Part shown: positions 63,582 to 64,000 of the stretch, piece after piece | Layout: every line of letters starts with the position of its first letter | Position numbering within the stretch: the first letter of the stretch is position 1 | Source: Lytechinus pictus | Taxonomy: Eukaryota | DNA: 64,000 nucleotides | Direction: 5' to 3' | Assembly (NCBI RefSeq): GCF_037042905.1 | Contig: NC_087251.1 | Location: forward strand, 35,156,001-35,220,000 | Made by a program: the position numbers and the translations under genes | Notes under the pieces: model-generated | What the model saw: the letters and a program-made list of their open reading frames with translations, nothing else | Told to the model about the DNA's origin: nothing | The model's database searches: none

Positions 63582-64000
63582 GCAGGGGCGGCGACCCTGG
63601 GGGCACAGTGCCCCCCCCCCCCATTTTTTGAAGCACTGAAAAGTGCTCTTTTTTACGCAAGAAAAATGCCTCCTCACGAACGTGCATGGAAGAGGACCCG
63701 TTTTAGATGTTTCAAAGTGCCCTTTCTCGTATAAAGGCCAATTTTTCCCCAAAAAATAACCCCTCATGGACTTGTTCTTTGCCCTTTTCACCTGAAAGGA
63801 CCCGTTGTATGCGTTAGCATATGCCATATCTCGTGCAGTGCCAAATTTTACCCCAAAATTCCCCCTCACAATGGTCGTGTTCTGTGTTCCTTTCACCTGC
63901 GAAGGACCCGTTTTATGTCTGAGCAAGTGCCCCTTTGCCTTCTTATAGGTGCCCTTTCTCGTATCAGTAACCCTTTTTTCCTAAGAAAAGTGCCCCCACG
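63582..64000 (+). mobile_element. Start of a repeat element (CAGGGGCGG terminus, gtgccctt subrepeats), truncated by the window end
   Basis: caggggcggcgaccctgggggcacagtgcccccc followed by repeated gtgcccttt and ggacccgtt motifs. Confidence 0.5.

Overview
This is AT-rich eukaryotic (animal) genomic DNA with GT-AG introns. The poly-G runs, MITE families and gene content suggest an invertebrate deuterostome such as a sea urchin, which is an inference only. About 43 kb (3460-46316, + strand) carries the 3' 28 coding exons (~3.7 kb CDS, ~1240 codons) of a latent TGF-beta-binding protein (LTBP)-like gene whose 5' end lies upstream of the window. Its order is 5 EGF/cbEGF, a TB domain, 18 EGF/cbEGF, a second TB domain and a short tail, and all introns are phase 1. 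The first TB domain has the 2-residue insertion between Cys6 and Cys7 that marks TGF-beta-binding TB domains. The segment between the two TB domains has 18 EGF exons, against 2 cbEGF in vertebrate LTBPs, and a truncated duplicate of the TB exon lies just upstream of the intact one. Downstream are a C6orf120/UPF0669 homolog (- strand, single coding exon) and a divergently transcribed DMAC1/TMEM261 homolog (+ strand, two coding exons). Introns and intergenic DNA contain many non-autonomous DNA transposons (Harbinger-, hAT-, Kolobok- and Tc1/pogo-like MITEs, Helentron-associated elements), some nested, plus SINE fragments and microsatellites. No prokaryote-type systems are present, and most ORFs in the supplied track are spurious.
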